Positions 33,841 through 44,513 of a stretch of DNA of 64,000 nt are shown here, piece by piece. Position 1 is the stretch's first letter; each line of letters starts with the position of its first letter. The notes under the pieces are model-generated. The model was given only the letters and a program-made list of their open reading frames with translations. It was not told where the DNA came from and did not search any database. Made by a program: the position numbers and the translations under genes. This stretch comes from an uncultured delta proteobacterium (GTDB taxonomy: Bacteria; Desulfobacterota; Binatia; UBA9968), in assembly GCA_963745835.1 (NCBI GenBank), contig CAVUZH010000018.1:64001-128000 (forward strand), read 5' to 3'.

Positions 33841-36672
33841 ATGGACTACAAAGACACCCTCAATTTGCCAAAAACCAGTTTTCCAATGCGGGCCAACCTG
33901 CCGCAGAATGAGCCGAAGTTGGTCGAGAAATGGCAATCTGATCGCATCTATTTTCGAATGTTGGAAGCGAACGAGGGCAAACCAAAATTCATCCTCCACG
34001 ATGGACCTCCATACGCCAACGGCAACATTCATATCGGTCATGCCCTCAACAAAGTTCTTAAAGACATCATTGTTAAGTATAAAGCTATGACCGGTCACTT
34101 GGCGCCTTACGTGCCGGGTTGGGACTGCCACGGTCTGCCCATCGAACTCCAAGTTGAAAAAAATGTCGGCAGAGCAAAAAAGCTCGCCATGACCAAGGCA
34201 GAGGTTCGACGCTTGTGCCGTGAATATGCGGAGAAGTACATCTCAATTCAGCGAGAAGAATTCAAAAGATTAGGAATCCTAGGCGACTGGCAACAGCCAT
34301 ACCTTACCATGACGCCCGCCTATGAAGCCCAAGAGATTCGCGAGTTAGGAAAGTTTGTCGCCTCGGGAACGCTCTATCGTAGGAAGAAACCGGTTTACTG
34401 GTGCGCTTCCTGTGTCACCGCTCTCGCTGAAGCCGAGGTCGAATACGAAGAGCATGTCTCGTCCTCAATTTACGTAAAATTTCTGGTTAAAGATCACAAG
34501 GGAAAATTTACCGCTGACGATGTGGCGACTTACTTCGTCATTTGGACAACCACCCCGTGGACCTTGCCGGCTAATCAAGCAATCGCACTCAATCCGAAGT
34601 TTACGTACCGTCGCGTGAGAACTTCCCAGGGAGCCCTCATCATTGAGGAAGAGTTAGTTCCAACGGTGATGAAGGCAATCGGTTTGGAGCCCTCGGAATA
34701 CAAAATCACCGAGGGTGTCTGGACGGGCGCCGAACTCGAAGGCATTGTTTGCCATCACCCCTGGTTGGATCGTGATTCAAAGATTGTTCTTGGTGAGTTT
34801 GTCACCCGGGACCAAGGGACCGGCTGCGTTCACATCGCACCTGGACATGGTCAGGAGGACTATGAAGTCGGAATGCGCTATGGCCTCGAGGTGATGGCGC
34901 CCGTGGATGCTGAAGGTAGGTTTACAGCCGAAGCCGGCGATCTGCACGGAGAATCGGTGTTTAAAGTCGATTCCAAGATCATTCAAAAACTCCGTGATCA
35001 TGGAGCACTCCTGAAAGAAGAGACGCTTCCGCACAGTTATCCCCACTGCTGGCGTTGCAAAAAACCAGTCATCTTCCGAGCAACGGAGCAGTGGTTTATT
35101 TCTATGGAGAAGAATGCGCTCAGAGACTCAGCTCTATTTGCCATCGAACAGGTGCGCTGGGTGCCACCCTGGGGCAAAGATCGTATTCGGGGTATGCTCG
35201 AAAGTAGACCGGACTGGTGTATTTCGCGCCAGCGCTCCTGGGGAGTTCCAATCCCAGCCGTTTATTGTAAGCAATGCAATGAAGCTATTCTCACGCAAGA
35301 TGTCTGCGAACACATCGCCGGCATCGTTGAGAGAGAAGGTTCTGATGCGTGGTTTACTCGGCCGATCATTGAACTGGTACCCGCTGGTCTTGCCTGTCCA
35401 AGGTGCGGCAAAAGGGACTTTTTTAAAGAGGAAGATATTCTCGACGTCTGGTTTGACTCGGGAGTGAGCCATGCAGCAGTAGTCGAAGTTGACCCGAGGC
35501 TCGGCGGTCGCGCCGACCTTTATCTTGAGGGAAGCGACCAGCATCGCGGGTGGTTTCACACCGCTTTGCTCACTTCAATAGCCACTCGGGGACGCGCACC
35601 CTATGAAAGCGTGCTCACGCACGGCTTTACCTTGGATGGTAAGGGACGCAAGATGTCAAAATCCTTGGGTAATGTCATTGCCCCACAGGAAATCACTAAG
35701 AAATCGGGCGCGGAAATCTTGCGGCTCTGGGCGGCAGCTGAAGATTATCGCGAGGACGTGCGCATTTCAGACGAAATTCTCAATCGCTTGGTGGAGGCTT
35801 ATCGGCGACTCAGAAACACAGCGCGGTTTTTGATCAGCAACCTTTACGATTTCGATCCCGAGCACGATCGCGTTTCGCCGCCCGATCTAGACGAACTCGA
35901 CCGCTGGATCCTGCATCGGACCGAGAGCTTACTAAGTCGTTGCCGAGAGGCTTACGAGAAATACGAATTTCATACTGTGTTCCATGGTCTTAATAACTAC
36001 TGTAGCGTTGATCTTAGCGCGCAGTACCTCGATATCGCCAAAGACCGCCTTTACTGCGCCGGTGCAAAAAGCAGTGAGCGGCGAGCGGCGCAGACGACAT
36101 TGCATAGAATCTTGAACGTGCTGGTCCACTTACTGGCCCCGATTCTATCGTTTACCGCCGAAGAGATTTGGACCTACATGGAGGCAAAAGATCGTCTGTC
36201 CGGCAGTGTCTTTCTTTCCCAAATGCCGCAAGCGGATCCCACGATGTTGGATCGAGAACTTTCTGACAGATGGGATCGTATCTTCAAAGAGCGCGCCGAG
36301 GTGCTCAAGGCTTTGGAAGAGGCCCGAACTAAAGGCATCATCGGTCATTCGCTGGATGCAAAAGTCGTTTTGGTTAGCCAGAACGGCGGGTCCAATTCTA
36401 CTCTGGGAAATCTGATTAAAGCGGAAAAGAGCAAAATGCAGGATGTTTTGATCGTGTCACAGGCCGACATTTCCGAACCGGTGACGTCTGATAGCGCGAA
36501 TGTGTCTTGGTATCAAACCGAATTATTGAACTGCCAAATCGCAGTCTCAAAAGCTGAGGGTCTCAAATGCGAGCGTTGCTGGAAGTACGATACTGAGGTG
36601 GGCAGCGATGCAAACCATCCGACCGTCTGTGCCCGCTGTGCCGCAGTTCTGAATTCTGGAGCCGCGGGTTGA
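33841..36672 (+). CDS. ileS: Isoleucine--tRNA ligase
   Basis: MDYKDTLNLP, HIGH, KMSKS, C-terminal CERCW zinc finger. Confidence 0.99.
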   Translation: MDYKDTLNLPKTSFPMRANLPQNEPKLVEKWQSDRIYFRMLEANEGKPKFILHDGPPYANGNIHIGHALNKVLKDIIVKYKAMTGHLAPYVPGWDCHGLPIELQVEKNVGRAKKLAMTKAEVRRLCREYAEKYISIQREEFKRLGILGDWQQPYLTMTPAYEAQEIRELGKFVASGTLYRRKKPVYWCASCVTALAEAEVEYEEHVSSSIYVKFLVKDHKGKFTADDVATYFVIWTTTPWTLPANQAIALNPKFTYRRVRTSQGALIIEEELVPTVMKAIGLEPSEYKITEGVWTGAELEGIVCHHPWLDRDSKIVLGEFVTRDQGTGCVHIAPGHGQEDYEVGMRYGLEVMAPVDAEGRFTAEAGDLHGESVFKVDSKIIQKLRDHGALLKEETLPHSYPHCWRCKKPVIFRATEQWFISMEKNALRDSALFAIEQVRWVPPWGKDRIRGMLESRPDWCISRQRSWGVPIPAVYCKQCNEAILTQDVCEHIAGIVEREGSDAWFTRPIIELVPAGLACPRCGKRDFFKEEDILDVWFDSGVSHAAVVEVDPRLGGRADLYLEGSDQHRGWFHTALLTSIATRGRAPYESVLTHGFTLDGKGRKMSKSLGNVIAPQEITKKSGAEILRLWAAAEDYREDVRISDEILNRLVEAYRRLRNTARFLISNLYDFDPEHDRVSPPDLDELDRWILHRTESLLSRCREAYEKYEFHTVFHGLNNYCSVDLSAQYLDIAKDRLYCAGAKSSERRAAQTTLHRILNVLVHLLAPILSFTAEEIWTYMEAKDRLSGSVFLSQMPQADPTMLDRELSDRWDRIFKERAEVLKALEEARTKGIIGHSLDAKVVLVSQNGGSNSTLGNLIKAEKSKMQDVLIVSQADISEPVTSDSANVSWYQTELLNCQIAVSKAEGLKCERCWKYDTEVGSDANHPTVCARCAAVLNSGAAG

Positions 36673-37166
36673 ATCGCAAAACAAGGATCGTCGCCGGCTG
36701 CCTTGGTTTCATCGTAATCGTTGATCAAGTAACGAAGTATGTAGTAGATCGCACTATGCCGCTGCATCACTCCATCCCGATCATCGATGGATTGTTCAGC
36801 CTCACGTATATCCGCAACACAGGTGCTGCGTTCGGTATCTTCTCCGGCAGCCATGAAGCATTTCGGTTGCCGTTTTTGGTTACTGTGTCGCTTGTAGCGA
36901 TCGGGTTTATTTTTATGATGTTGAAGCGGCTGCGGCAAACCGAGACTGGTCTAATCACGGCTCTCGCGTTTATTCTTGGCGGCGCCATCGGTAATCTCAT
37001 CGATCGAATCATTCATGGCGAGGTGGTCGATTTCTTGGACGTGTATTGGTCCGATTACCATTGGCCGGCGTTTAATCTAGCCGATAGTTTTATAACGATC
37101 GGTGTGGGCATAACGGTCTATTATCTCGCCACAGTAAAAGGCGATGATCCCTTCGCCGCAAAGTAG
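36669..37166 (+). CDS. lspA: Lipoprotein signal peptidase II
   Basis: DQVTK, NTGAAFG, GNLIDR, VVDF, FNLADS. Confidence 0.97.
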   Translation: MNRKTRIVAGCLGFIVIVDQVTKYVVDRTMPLHHSIPIIDGLFSLTYIRNTGAAFGIFSGSHEAFRLPFLVTVSLVAIGFIFMMLKRLRQTETGLITALAFILGGAIGNLIDRIIHGEVVDFLDVYWSDYHWPAFNLADSFITIGVGITVYYLATVKGDDPFAAK

Positions 37167-37253
37167 CTTTGCTGGTGCGACGACGCATCCTGTTCTTGAA
37201 TTGGTAAGCTCTTATCGCACCGATTTATAGCATTCAGTAATCCAGCCGAACTG

Positions 37254-38102
37254 ATGCCTCGTCATCTCAACGATGTCACGCTTACGTGTCTGTTGCTCAT
37301 GCTGAGCGGAACGATGAGTTGCCAGGCCGTCAGTTCGAGTCTGCCGCTCGGCACCGCGTGGCAAGCAACTCCGTTCAAGCGCATAAAGACGGCCGCGCAA
37401 GTCGCCGCCGATCTTCCTGCCCTCAATATTCCGGCGCCCACGGGAAGGATCATCTTTATCGGAGTGCATGGCGGCAATCCGCCGACATGGGACGACGCCG
37501 AGTGGTTTGACCCGCAGCAATGGTTGCCGTATCAAGCTATCGACCTCCAAGATCAGCGGGCGATTACTGAGATCGCGTACCGTGAGTCGGTGATGCATGT
37601 TGCTGCATTACAGATAGGACGACACTTCTCAAACAGTATCACCATAATGATTCGTGGCGATAGTCAGGTTGTTAGCGACCTCCTTGACGCTATCTACCGC
37701 GTCGGAGATCGAATACTTCTGGTTGGCCACAGTTTCGGTGGACAGGTCGTCGAGGAGATAGCGAGAGATTTAAAACGAAGGCAAATTGCGGTCGACGCAT
37801 TGGTCTACATCGAGAGCTTTTGGTCTAACGGTTCGGTGCCCAACAACGTAAAGCGCGCCCTCAATTTCTACGTCCCGGCATCGTTCACGCTTTGTCGAGG
37901 TTTAGAGACAATCAAGGCAGAGGACCCCATCGGCACAGAAGCAATCAATATTGCCATACCCAAGCCGCGGGGACCCTATAGCGGAATCTGCGCTGAACAC
38001 CGCAACATCGACAGTGATCCACGCGTGTGGAAGGATATCTTTGATCGCATCATTACAAAGATCGACTTCCAGCAGTCGATTCTTAATCAACCAGCAAGGT
38101 GA
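37254..38102 (+). CDS. Exported alpha/beta-hydrolase-fold protein
   Basis: GHSFGG nucleophile elbow; hydrophobic N-terminus ending in Cys. Confidence 0.6.
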   Translation: MPRHLNDVTLTCLLLMLSGTMSCQAVSSSLPLGTAWQATPFKRIKTAAQVAADLPALNIPAPTGRIIFIGVHGGNPPTWDDAEWFDPQQWLPYQAIDLQDQRAITEIAYRESVMHVAALQIGRHFSNSITIMIRGDSQVVSDLLDAIYRVGDRILLVGHSFGGQVVEEIARDLKRRQIAVDALVYIESFWSNGSVPNNVKRALNFYVPASFTLCRGLETIKAEDPIGTEAINIAIPKPRGPYSGICAEHRNIDSDPRVWKDIFDRIITKIDFQQSILNQPAR

Positions 38103-38376
38103 CGATAGTGGCTCCCCAACTGCCGGCTTCGGCTGGGGCATCTTCGAAAGAAAGAACCGCCGGATGTTTTTCCAGAAGAGATCGGATAATGGCGCGTTGT
38201 ACGCCTGTGCCTTTGCCGTGAATGAGACGGACCTGCCGGAATCCTGATCGTTGGCATTCCTCCAAGTATTCCTCAACCACGCTGGGAATATCTTTGGGCT
38301 GAAACGGATGAAGATCAAGAACATCTTCAGGAGGAAGAACCACCGGTTCGTCAAAGGGAGGATCACTCTCGGCCAT
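38083..38376 (-). CDS. Stand-alone Smr/MutS2 C-terminal domain protein
   Basis: LDLH, IHGKGTG, GSWGAT. Confidence 0.9.
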   Translation of the reverse strand: MAESDPPFDEPVVLPPEDVLDLHPFQPKDIPSVVEEYLEECQRSGFRQVRLIHGKGTGVQRAIIRSLLEKHPAVLSFEDAPAEAGSWGATIVTLLVD

Positions 38377-38406
38377 CGATTACAACTCGAGTCCTGGGCT
38401 GTTTAG

Positions 38407-40842
38407 TCAATTTGCCGGCGCCGCTGGTTCTGGCCGCTTGCGGCCGGGTAAATTTCCGAGCAATTCTAAGATCGCTTCGTACTTAACCGGTTTCGTCAGG
38501 TGCGCGTCAAATCCAGCCTCTTTGGTCCGGTGCCGGTCCCGTTGCTGCCCCCACCCGGTAAGAGCAATGAGCACAACCTGTTTGCCCCAAGGCTGCTCGC
38601 GTATTTTGCGCGCGGCATCGTAGCCATTTAATTCCGGCATAGCGAGGTCCAATACAATGACATCTGGATGCGAGAGCTCCGCAGCTCTAAAAGCTTCAAG
38701 GCCGTCCTGGGCAATTTGAACTTCGTACCCTTCCTGCCGCAGTAATCCTGCTAGCGTCTCAGCTGCTTGTGGGAAGTCGTCCGCGACAAGGATGCGCCGG
38801 ACCTGGCTCCTTGCATTTGAAAAAACCGGATTGGCCTCTTTGCTGAATTCCTGCTGAGATGATTTCTGCAGCACGGGCAAACTGACGACGAACTGGCTAC
38901 CTTGTTTGGCTCCTAAGCTGAAAGCCTGTACTGTTCCCCCGTGGAGTTCAAGAATTCTGTGTACCAGAGTCAGGCCTAGTCCGAGACCGCCCTCGGCACG
39001 GGTGAACGATCGGTCGGCTTGATAGAACAAATCGAACAAACGCGGCAGGTCTTCGGGAGCGATGCCGATCCCGGTATCCTTAACCTGCAGCACTGCCTGG
39101 CCGTTATCCAGTTCAAGAATTAACCAAATTTGACCTGGATCAGGCGTGTATTTAGCGGCATTATTGATCAAGTTCATAACTACTTGTGTTAACCGAACGC
39201 GGTCCGCGTCTACGTAGACAGGTGATGCGGGCAGTGTAATTGTGATTTTGTGGCCTCGCTCTTCGATTAACGGACGGCTTGATTCTACTGCGGTTTTAAC
39301 AATTTCACTTAGCTCTACGTGTTCTTTATGAAGACCCAGCTTCTCTCGCGTGATACGGCTTATATCGAAAAGGTCATCCGTGAGCCGTGTCAGATATCCT
39401 ACTTGCTTATCGATGACGTCCCTGCCCCAGCGCTGTTGGGTTTCGGAAAAGCCGGAAGCCTGAGATAAGCTGACAACGTTTCGCACTAGAGCTAGCGGAT
39501 TTCTTAATTCGTGCGCTAAGGTTGCCAAGAACTCGTCCTTCCGCCGATCGGCATCGCGCAACGCTTCTTCGCTTTGACTTAAGGCGCTGTTCAGGCGCAG
39601 CCTTTCTACTGCTAGCCAAGTGCGCTCGGCCGCGGCAGCGATGAGTGAGACCTCCCGCTCGCTCCACTCACGGGGGTCAGCTGTAGAGACAAACAACGCG
39701 GACACAAGCCTGCCTTCGCGCAATAGTGGAGTAGCCGCGAAAGCTCCAACGCCGATACGCTGATAATATCCGCTGTAAATCGCGGTTCGGTCATCTCGGG
39801 AAGTGTCAAAGACTACGGTATTGTGACCGGCCTGACAGTCGCTGACGATCTTCGGGCCAAGAGCCCTCAGCCGATAAGTTCCAGCCAAAGAAGGGAGATT
39901 AAGATGATAATCGCGATAAATGGTGAACCGACCCCTCTCAGGATCAGCCTCGGTAAAACTGCAGCGTTCGGTTTGTAAATATTCGCCAAGTGCGACGGCA
40001 ACGGCCCAAGTCAACTCATCCGGATCCGAGGCCAGGCGAATACAATCACTAAGGTCGAGCAAAAAAAGCGTGTCGGCCTCGGCCTGTTTACGTTCAGTGA
40101 TATCGGTGTTCATACCCACCCAGCCGCGCGCTGAGCCATCAGCCGACAATAGCGGAACGGCCCGAACTAAAGTCCATCGCCACTGACCATCGTACCGGCG
40201 AAGGCGGTACTGAGCTTCGAGAGGTTTTTTTCGCGCGGTCGCATCTTCCCATTGCATTTGGACTCTCTTGTGATCGTTAGGATGGTACGCATTAAGCCAG
40301 CCGGAGCCGCGCCGTTGCTCAAATGTTTGACCAGTAAATGCCCGCCACGAAGGTGAGTCTTCAATGATATTTCCTGCGCCATCCGCTGTCCAAACGATTT
40401 GTGATGATGCTTCTACCAGTGCACGAAACCGCTCTTCACTCCGGCGCATCGCATCTTGCGCGCGCCTGTGACGTAGGCCCAGACCGGCGACGATCCAAAT
40501 TAGGGCCACCGTGAGCACGTCATTGAAAATGGGGATCCACCCGGGAATTCCAGGTGAGCCGGGCGATAGAAGATAATCCAGAATAATGAGCACCGTACTA
40601 AGCAGAGCGATCAGAATTTTCTCGCGAGCTCCTGGTAGCGCCAGCACTAATAGTAACGCGGCCACATAACTGGTCGGTATGGCAACACCGAATGGCGAAT
40701 ATAGGTCGGCGAGAAAAACGCCGAATAGAAGCGCGGTGATTGTCAGCCAATATATCGCTGAACCAGATCTGCCGACGAGAAGTGGCGCTGGCGCTGGTGG
40801 CCCGAATACCGGAGATAGGGGTTTTGAGAAGTTTTCGTGCAT
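38407..40842 (-). CDS. Membrane hybrid sensor histidine kinase (TM-PAS-GAF-HisKA-HATPase-REC)
   Basis: LAHELRNPL, NLINNA, DTGIG, GLGLG, C-terminal receiver DLAMP. Confidence 0.93.
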   Translation of the reverse strand: MHENFSKPLSPVFGPPAPAPLLVGRSGSAIYWLTITALLFGVFLADLYSPFGVAIPTSYVAALLLVLALPGAREKILIALLSTVLIILDYLLSPGSPGIPGWIPIFNDVLTVALIWIVAGLGLRHRRAQDAMRRSEERFRALVEASSQIVWTADGAGNIIEDSPSWRAFTGQTFEQRRGSGWLNAYHPNDHKRVQMQWEDATARKKPLEAQYRLRRYDGQWRWTLVRAVPLLSADGSARGWVGMNTDITERKQAEADTLFLLDLSDCIRLASDPDELTWAVAVALGEYLQTERCSFTEADPERGRFTIYRDYHLNLPSLAGTYRLRALGPKIVSDCQAGHNTVVFDTSRDDRTAIYSGYYQRIGVGAFAATPLLREGRLVSALFVSTADPREWSEREVSLIAAAAERTWLAVERLRLNSALSQSEEALRDADRRKDEFLATLAHELRNPLALVRNVVSLSQASGFSETQQRWGRDVIDKQVGYLTRLTDDLFDISRITREKLGLHKEHVELSEIVKTAVESSRPLIEERGHKITITLPASPVYVDADRVRLTQVVMNLINNAAKYTPDPGQIWLILELDNGQAVLQVKDTGIGIAPEDLPRLFDLFYQADRSFTRAEGGLGLGLTLVHRILELHGGTVQAFSLGAKQGSQFVVSLPVLQKSSQQEFSKEANPVFSNARSQVRRILVADDFPQAAETLAGLLRQEGYEVQIAQDGLEAFRAAELSHPDVIVLDLAMPELNGYDAARKIREQPWGKQVVLIALTGWGQQRDRHRTKEAGFDAHLTKPVKYEAILELLGNLPGRKRPEPAAPAN

Positions 40843-41116
40843 AAAGCTGCAGCCGCTAGTTGTTCAGTCAGACAAGGTTAGCAGTGTAGCAAAGACGTCT
40901 CCGATGCAAAAGCAAAAACGCCGGGCTCGTTTATACCCGTCGAAGCCATCGAAAAAAGTGCTAACGAAGCTCGCTTCACGACAGACTGTACGCATGTGGT
41001 AGGGTGATTTGATGCCGATGCGAACCTTACTGTGCATTGGTAACCGATTTCCAGCATGCTTGACAAGCAACTCGGGTGCGACGATACATGTCAGAAGCAC
41101 ATTCGAGAGAGGTTCC

Positions 41117-42712
41117 ATGGCGAGCCAAAAATACTACCGCGACTTCCGTGCCCATCTGAAGGAACTTGAGGACCGAGAAAAATTGATTCGAATCCGTCGA
41201 AGGATCGATAAAGATACTGAATTGATGCCATTGGTTCGGTGGCAATTTCGAGGGTTAGACGAAGAGCAGCGCAAAGCTTTTCTGTTTGAAAAGGTCGTTG
41301 ATGCAAAAGGCAAGCAGTATTCGATGCCGGTGACGGTAGGAACGTTGGCCGCAACAACCGAGATCTATGCCATCGGTTTGATGTGCCGACCTGAGGAGAT
41401 CCACGAGCGCTGGAACAAGGCCCAGTTGAGTCCCATCGAGCCCGAAAAAGTCGCTGCGGGGCCAGTTCAGGAAATCGTTTGGACCGACAAGGAGCTGTTG
41501 AACGGTCATGGATTGGATATGCTCCCGGTACCGATCTCTACGCCCGGCTTTGATAATGCCCCCTATTTGACTTCAGCCAACTGGATCACCAAAGACATTG
41601 AAACCGGCGTTTACAACATCGGCAATTATCGTAGTCAAATCAAATCTCCGGATCGCGCCGGCGGATTATTCACATCGCAACACATGGGGCAACACTGGCG
41701 CAAGTGTAAGGCCAAGGGTGTGCCGTTGCAGGCGGCGATCGCCATCGGTGTTATTCCTAGTATCGCCTATGCCGCGACCGCAAAGATTGCCTACGATTTC
41801 GACGAATACCGACTTGCCGGCGGCTTGGCTGGTGAGCCAGTGGAGTTGGTGCAGTGTAAAACCGTCGATCTTTTTGTGCCGGCCACTACGGAAATTGTCA
41901 TCGAGGGAACGATTCCCACTGACTCTCTCGAGCCGGAAGGACCGTTTGGCGAATACCCCGGCTACATGGGGCATCGTACCACTTCTCCCTATCTCGATGT
42001 GACTTGCATCACCCATCGAAGAGACGCAATCTATACGGCGCTGATGAGTCAGTTTCCGCCCAGCGAATCGAGCAAGATAAAGCATACAGGGACGGAGAAG
42101 ATCCTATACAAATATCTGCGTCACGATAGCGGAAATGCTGCAGTGCTGGATGTGGCGCTGCACGATGAGGTAAGCGGCAGCGGTCAAGCCTACTGTGTGG
42201 TTAAGATGTGTAATGCGTCGAAAGCGGAGGCCTGGCGCGCGCTCAACGCATCAGCCGGGTTCACGGGCAGCTATGCCAAGATCTGTATTGCCGTGGATGA
42301 TGATATCGATATTCACGACCCGGCAATGGTGAATTGGGCGATCTGTTTCAACGTTAGGCCGGAAGAGGATATTCTTATTGCCAAAGGAAAGTCGCCGGGG
42401 TTGGATCCCTCCGCTCATCCGCCGGGGATGGAAAGCCTTGAAGTGCGGATGGCCTCGTTTAGCGCCTTGCTGATCAACGCAGTGCGGCCATGGCCCTACA
42501 CCCCGGTGTCTCTGCCTCGCAAGGAATTCATGGATAGATCGAGGGCCATCTGGGAAGAACTGGGTCTTCCCTCCCTCAAGCCACGCATGCCGTGGTACGG
42601 TTACAGTCTCGGTGACTGGACAAAACAAGATGAAGAAGAAGCGGAACTCGCTGTCAAAGGCGAATACTTCGTGACAGGCGACAAGCAAAAAGGACAAAGA
42701 ACCAAGCCGTAA
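41117..42712 (+). CDS. UbiD family prFMN-dependent (de)carboxylase (second, divergent)
   Basis: NIGNYR, EGPFGEYPGY, IAVDDDID. Confidence 0.9.
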   Translation: MASQKYYRDFRAHLKELEDREKLIRIRRRIDKDTELMPLVRWQFRGLDEEQRKAFLFEKVVDAKGKQYSMPVTVGTLAATTEIYAIGLMCRPEEIHERWNKAQLSPIEPEKVAAGPVQEIVWTDKELLNGHGLDMLPVPISTPGFDNAPYLTSANWITKDIETGVYNIGNYRSQIKSPDRAGGLFTSQHMGQHWRKCKAKGVPLQAAIAIGVIPSIAYAATAKIAYDFDEYRLAGGLAGEPVELVQCKTVDLFVPATTEIVIEGTIPTDSLEPEGPFGEYPGYMGHRTTSPYLDVTCITHRRDAIYTALMSQFPPSESSKIKHTGTEKILYKYLRHDSGNAAVLDVALHDEVSGSGQAYCVVKMCNASKAEAWRALNASAGFTGSYAKICIAVDDDIDIHDPAMVNWAICFNVRPEEDILIAKGKSPGLDPSAHPPGMESLEVRMASFSALLINAVRPWPYTPVSLPRKEFMDRSRAIWEELGLPSLKPRMPWYGYSLGDWTKQDEEEAELAVKGEYFVTGDKQKGQRTKP

Positions 42713-42825
42713 CGCTACAATCCTAGCGAACACCTTGGAGCTGCTGTCTACAATCACTACTGACCGTCTCCAGTGATCAGGTCTCGTGATACAGCGACTC
42801 GCTGCGCGACAATCCTCGATCGATT

Positions 42826-43581
42826 ATGAGTTTTGATCCTACGCTGATTCTCGTCGGCATGGCCCTGCTGTTTGCCGCTTTTGTCAAAGGAGCTTCGGGA
42901 CTTGGCTTCCCGCTGATTGCCACACCGACAGTGGCTTTGTTGCTGGATATTCGTATAGCCATCACTATTCTGCTGATTCCCAACATCGTCATGGATTTTG
43001 CTCAAGTATTCCGTGACGGATTTCCCTTTGTCATTTTGCGACGCTTTGCCTGGTTTTTTCTTGCGACGATCGCCGGAGTATTTCTCGGTACTGCAGTTCT
43101 GGTCAACCTGCCGCTCTGGGTATTGAACTTCTGCCTGGGTAGCATGGTTTTGGTATTCGTCGCGTTCAACTGGCTAAAGTTTGAATTCAGAATTACTCCT
43201 GGCCTGGAAAAACTGCTTTCAATCCCGGTCGGGTTTATCAGCGGCTTTCTCAACGGTGTTACCAATGCCGCCGGTCCGGTGCTGGCGATTTATCTTTACA
43301 GTCTTAGGTTGGAGAAACGTCAATTTATCAAATCGATCGCGACAATCTTCGTGTTCACGAAGTTGAGCCAATTGGCTGCTGTCTCGAGCTGGAATCTGTT
43401 TAACGCCTCAACTTTGATGTTGTCACTGCAGGTTACGCTATTCACTCTCGTCGGCTTCTATGTGGGTATCAAAACGCAAGACCGAATCAACCAACAAACC
43501 TTCAATCGAGCTCTCTTGATCCTGCTGTTTGCCATCGGGGTAACGCTTCTTGTGCGCGCGCTGAGTCAGTCGTCATCATGA
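42826..43581 (+). CDS. TauE/SafE (sulfite exporter) family membrane protein
   Basis: KGASGLGF, GFLNG...AGP, about 8 TM helices. Confidence 0.85.
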   Translation: MSFDPTLILVGMALLFAAFVKGASGLGFPLIATPTVALLLDIRIAITILLIPNIVMDFAQVFRDGFPFVILRRFAWFFLATIAGVFLGTAVLVNLPLWVLNFCLGSMVLVFVAFNWLKFEFRITPGLEKLLSIPVGFISGFLNGVTNAAGPVLAIYLYSLRLEKRQFIKSIATIFVFTKLSQLAAVSSWNLFNASTLMLSLQVTLFTLVGFYVGIKTQDRINQQTFNRALLILLFAIGVTLLVRALSQSSS

Positions 43582-43628
43582 AAGGCGACGATGCGATGCT
43601 CCGCAGCGGCCTAGTCGTCGGGACGGAT

Positions 43629-44348
43629 TTACAGCGCCGGAGCAAAGAGATTATCGGGTAATCCGCGAACGTACTCGATTGTCTCCTGAAGCGAGATGAC
43701 ATCCGCATACTTCATCGCCATGTCGAAGAGGTTGATCTTGTGCGATGCCTGGCCACGATCAAAAACGCAGTCTTCCACCACCGAAACTTTCAAATTGTAG
43801 GAAAACGCGTCGATGACGCTCGCACGAACGCAGCCGCTGGTCGTAGTGCCAGTGACTAAAACGCTGTCGGCGTGCACCTCGTTTAGCATGCTCATCAAAG
43901 GTGTGCCGAAGAAGGCGCTGGGTTTTTGTTTGCGTACAACGATGTCTCCTCCTCCAGGAGCGATTTCATCGACAATGTCGTTGCCCTTATCCCAAGTATC
44001 GGTCATATCCTCGGTCGAACGACTATTCTTAGCTTGCCAACGGCCGAAGGCAACTGCGTTGGTTCGATCATCGTGGCCGGTAGTATAGAAAGTCGGCAGA
44101 TGTTTCTTTCTACATTCGGCAAGTAGCTCGCCGATACGGTGAACGCCTTCCCAACCTTCGGCACCGCAGCTGTTGCGAAAACGTTTGATTGAATCGAGAA
44201 TCGGCTCCGGCTTATCACCGACGAAGTTGTAATTAACATCGATCACCAAGACCGCAGGTCGCTGTCCGAACCCAGCGCGTTTACCGTAGCCGGATTTAGA
44301 AAAAACTTCTTTGTCTCTAACGGTTAGTATATCGTCCCAACTTGCCAT
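43629..44348 (-). CDS. Isochorismatase/cysteine hydrolase (N-carbamoylsarcosine/maleamate amidohydrolase-like)
   Basis: GFGQRPAVLVID, KQKPSAFFGT, TTSGCVRAS. Confidence 0.88.
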   Translation of the reverse strand: MASWDDILTVRDKEVFSKSGYGKRAGFGQRPAVLVIDVNYNFVGDKPEPILDSIKRFRNSCGAEGWEGVHRIGELLAECRKKHLPTFYTTGHDDRTNAVAFGRWQAKNSRSTEDMTDTWDKGNDIVDEIAPGGGDIVVRKQKPSAFFGTPLMSMLNEVHADSVLVTGTTTSGCVRASVIDAFSYNLKVSVVEDCVFDRGQASHKINLFDMAMKYADVISLQETIEYVRGLPDNLFAPAL

Positions 44349-44513
44349 TCTTGCGCCTCCTAGGCTGGGTATTTACCCGGCCAGATCATAACAAACGGTT
44401 GTCTTTGTCAACCATCTTTTCGTTCATGCCTGCGCAAAGCCATTGACGCTTTGGGAAAGTTTCCTTTATAACCAGCGAGTCCGATTCTCGTCATATAGGA
44501 TTGAACAGTGGCT

